Shown piece after piece: positions 61,073 through 64,000 of a stretch of DNA of 64,000 nucleotides. A model generated the notes under the pieces. It was given only the letters and a program-made list of their open reading frames with translations, ran no database searches and was not told the DNA's origin. Numbering within the stretch: the stretch's first letter is position 1; every line of letters starts with the position of its first letter. The stretch is from Halarcobacter sp. Lineage in GTDB: Bacteria > Campylobacterota > Campylobacteria > Campylobacterales > Arcobacteraceae. The stretch is from positions 928,001 to 992,000 of the forward strand of contig CP182352.1 of the NCBI GenBank assembly GCA_048571215.1, written 5' to 3'. The position numbers were made by a program, and so were the translations under genes.

Positions 61073-61735
61073 ATGGGTACTTTAGATATTAGTATGATTA
61101 ATAATCAATACTTAAATAATGACAATAATATAACATCTGATCAGATGAAACCATATGGTTTATCAAAAACAGAAAAATCTGATGAAACCAAAGCAGTTGA
61201 GAATAAAATACATAATTCTGCTGTGAATGTATCAATCTCCATGGAGAGTATAAAAGTTTTTTTAAACATTAAAAGTGTTGAAATGACTCAAAATAATACA
61301 AATGCACAAACTACATTGATGAATATTATTAATAATACAGATTTGTATGATTTCTTATCTGGCAAAGAATTAGATGGTGGACTTAGTTTATCTTCTATTG
61401 GTTATAATGGAAAACCAATCACTGAGTTAAATCCAGATGAAGCTAAACAATTAGTTTCAGATGAAGGTTTTTTTGGAATAGACAAAACCTCACAAAGAGT
61501 TAGTGACTTTGTTATATCTTTAGCAGGTGATGATGTTGAAGCCTTGCAAGAAGCTAGAAATGGTATTGTACAAGGTTTTAATGAAGCTGAAAAAATGTGG
61601 GGTGGAGAATTACCTGAAATCTCATATAAAACTCAAGAGAAAACTTTAGATATTATTGATAAAAAAATTGCTGAATTATTAAAAACTGATTCACAAAAAG
61701 AGATTGAAGATACAGAAAAAGCACAGACTGAGTAA
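61073..61735 (+). CDS. Hypothetical protein (DUF5610-like)
   Basis: EAKQLVSDEGFFG...GFNEAEKMWGGELP. Confidence 0.65.
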   Translation: MGTLDISMINNQYLNNDNNITSDQMKPYGLSKTEKSDETKAVENKIHNSAVNVSISMESIKVFLNIKSVEMTQNNTNAQTTLMNIINNTDLYDFLSGKELDGGLSLSSIGYNGKPITELNPDEAKQLVSDEGFFGIDKTSQRVSDFVISLAGDDVEALQEARNGIVQGFNEAEKMWGGELPEISYKTQEKTLDIIDKKIAELLKTDSQKEIEDTEKAQTE

Positions 61736-61748
61736 AAGAGTTGATACT

Positions 61749-62378
61749 TTATTTATACCTAATAGTATTTAACTCTTTTGCACACTCTATTTGATATTCA
61801 ACCATCTTAGTAAATGGTTTTATAAATTCTTTTAATATATTTTCATTTATATTTTCAATCTTATTTTTTTCTAATAGTTTTAAAATCTCTAGCGTCGATT
61901 CTATAGTAGATAAGCAATATTCACTTGGCTGGGTTTTTATAAAAAAATTAGAGCTAATAGTATTATCAAAACTAATTTTTTTTAACTCTTGCAAGTTTTT
62001 ACTTAATCTTAAGATCTTTTTAGAACAAGGCCAAGTTGAATCTATAATAAAAACTACTAGGTTTTTTTTAGATTTTAAAGGTGTTGTGGATAGGTTTATT
62101 GAGTCTTTTCCAGGATAGAGTAAAAAACACTCATTGTTCTTGTTGTTAATAATACTATTGATAGTACTATTTTCACTAAAGTTTATTCCTATAAACAATT
62201 TAGAATTTGTTAGGGATTTGTTTGTAAAGTGACCAGTGCCATTTTTAGTCTTTCTATACTCTTTTGGGTGCATCAATATAATAAACTTTGTATTTGTATT
62301 TATAGGGCTTATATATTGGCACATACAGCTGCTTTGTGGTCTATAACAGCTATAACAAATTTTTCTACTATCCATCAA
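61749..62378 (-). CDS. DTW-domain tRNA aminocarboxypropyltransferase
   Basis: N-terminal CxxC...CxC, HPKE, DSTW, LSTIE. Confidence 0.88.
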   Translation of the reverse strand: MMDSRKICYSCYRPQSSCMCQYISPINTNTKFIILMHPKEYRKTKNGTGHFTNKSLTNSKLFIGINFSENSTINSIINNKNNECFLLYPGKDSINLSTTPLKSKKNLVVFIIDSTWPCSKKILRLSKNLQELKKISFDNTISSNFFIKTQPSEYCLSTIESTLEILKLLEKNKIENINENILKEFIKPFTKMVEYQIECAKELNTIRYK

Positions 62379-62855
62379 TTATTTTTGATGTCCTTTGATA
62401 TTTTTTCTTTCTAGTAGCTCTTCACAATTTTTTCCACCCACATCATATGCTTTTCCAAAACCAAAGACTGCTTCCCCTTTTAGAGGGGTGAATTCATATA
62501 TAGAAAAATCTTTCATTTGTTTTAAAGTATCTATTGTGGAACCATGTTTTTGTTTAAAAAGATCCATTAATCTTTCAAACTCATCATTATCTCTTTCAAG
62601 CTTTTTACTAGTGCTTTGTAAAACAACTCTTTTTCTAGCAAAAATATTTTCGCACTCTTTTTCATCTTCTATAAAAAACAATGAGGCTTTTTGATGCAAA
62701 TCTAAGTTTTGTGTATGTTTAGCGATTGCACTTATGTAAACATAGTATTTAAAATCATCTTTGATAAAAGGTGCATAACTTGTAAAAGGTAAGTTATCTT
62801 CATCCTTTGATGAGATAACTACACTTTTAAAATTTTTTAGGAAATCATTTAACAT
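62379..62855 (-). CDS. HugZ/pyridoxamine 5'-phosphate oxidase-like protein
   Basis: SYAPF, HTQNL, FARKR, GFGKAY. Confidence 0.85.
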   Translation of the reverse strand: MLNDFLKNFKSVVISSKDEDNLPFTSYAPFIKDDFKYYVYISAIAKHTQNLDLHQKASLFFIEDEKECENIFARKRVVLQSTSKKLERDNDEFERLMDLFKQKHGSTIDTLKQMKDFSIYEFTPLKGEAVFGFGKAYDVGGKNCEELLERKNIKGHQK

Positions 62856-62867
62856 ATATTTTCTTTT

Positions 62868-63929
62868 TTAAGCAGAAGGATTAAGCTCTTTTGATGCTTT
62901 TTTCTTTCTTTTTGCTTTCATTTTATTTAAAGCTAATCTTCTCATATCAGCTGTTGTATCCGATTCATCCATTATTTCTAAACCTAAAAGGGTTTCAATA
63001 CAATCTTCTAATGTAACTAAACCTTCTGTTTGATCATAGTTATCTAATACAATAAAAAGATGTTCTCTTTTTTGGATAAACTTATTTAAAGCTTTTCCAA
63101 CAGGTATGTTTTCATTTAAAGCAAAAACAGGAGTCATAATATTCTCCATTGTTGCATTTTCATCTTTAACAGCTTGTTTAAATAGTTTTTTTGTAAGAAC
63201 AATACCTACAATATTATCTATTGTTCCTTCATATATAGGAAGTCTTGAAAATTTGTATGTTCTCTTATCTTCTAAGATATCTTTTATAGGGGTATCTTTT
63301 TCAATAGAATACATTACTGATCTTGGTGTTAGTATATCTTTTATTTTTATCTCGTTTAAAGTAAGAGTATTTTCAATAATATCTGACTCTAAGTCACCAA
63401 TAACTCCCTCTTCTTCACTTAAAAGAGTGGTATGTATTAACTCTTCTCTAGAAAAATTATCAGAATTCTCTTTCCCTTTTATTTTATTTGTTATAAATTG
63501 CGTAAGTAAAATAATAGGGTATGTAATAATGACAAAAAATCTTATCAATGTTGCAGCAGTTGCTGCTAACTGTTTCCAATATACAGCACCAATAGTTTTA
63601 GGAATAATTTCAGCAAAAAATAAAATTGCAAAAGTTAAAACTATAGAAACAAGCATAACTAGAGGACCATTACCTGGAAATACATGTTCAGCTTGAACAC
63701 CAATTGCTGTTGCTCCTAATGTATTTGCTATTGTATTTAAAATCAAAATTGAAGCAATAGAACTGTCTATATCAGTTTTTAGTTTTTTGAGAAGTTTTCC
63801 TGCTTTTGGATCATTTTGTTCAATAACAGGTATATAAGAAAAGTTTACCGATAGAATTACAGATTCTAAAACAGAACAAAGAAACGAAACACTAATCACA
63901 AGTATAAATAAAAATATTAACAGTTCCAT
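62868..63929 (-). CDS. CNNM (DUF21)-CBS domain protein
   Basis: SFLCSVLE, EIIPK, FSRLP, GLVTLED. Confidence 0.92.
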   Translation of the reverse strand: MELLIFLFILVISVSFLCSVLESVILSVNFSYIPVIEQNDPKAGKLLKKLKTDIDSSIASILILNTIANTLGATAIGVQAEHVFPGNGPLVMLVSIVLTFAILFFAEIIPKTIGAVYWKQLAATAATLIRFFVIITYPIILLTQFITNKIKGKENSDNFSREELIHTTLLSEEEGVIGDLESDIIENTLTLNEIKIKDILTPRSVMYSIEKDTPIKDILEDKRTYKFSRLPIYEGTIDNIVGIVLTKKLFKQAVKDENATMENIMTPVFALNENIPVGKALNKFIQKREHLFIVLDNYDQTEGLVTLEDCIETLLGLEIMDESDTTADMRRLALNKMKAKRKKKASKELNPSA

Positions 63930-64000
63930 AAAGAACCTTTACTTGTAAAGCTGCACCTCTGGGAATTATCTTCCAATAACCACTCCTTAATTTTACCAAA

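Noticed and set aside
63106..63696. 196-aa antisense ORF and other short shadow ORFs across the window
   Set aside because: They overlap well-supported genes on the opposite strand or frame and show no family motifs.

Overview
AT-rich chromosomal window, most likely from an Arcobacter-like Campylobacterota (inferred from gene content and promoter style). The flanks (1-28.5 kb and 43.6-64 kb) hold ordinary metabolic and signalling genes. These include a TonB receptor-YfiR-GGDEF/EAL operon behind an acyltransferase, ahpC-trxA, a class D beta-lactamase, an FMN riboswitch with ribB, sfsA, three sigma54-type promoters before putative nitrogen-fixation accessory genes, and a TMAO/S-oxide reductase locus. 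The centre (about 28.5-43.6 kb) is an accessory region with three main components. (i) Three short minus-strand integron cassette arrays with nine attC sites and no integrase in the window; each starts at a copy of the same attI-like leader. (ii) About 11 copies of a 250-330 bp structured non-coding repeat in alternating orientation, lying where intI would normally be. (iii) A complete IS110 inserted in one repeat copy, whose upstream non-coding end reads as a bridge RNA with guides matching that repeat motif and its own ends. An IS1182 remnant also sits inside one attC. All alignments and folds were done by eye; no database searches were run.
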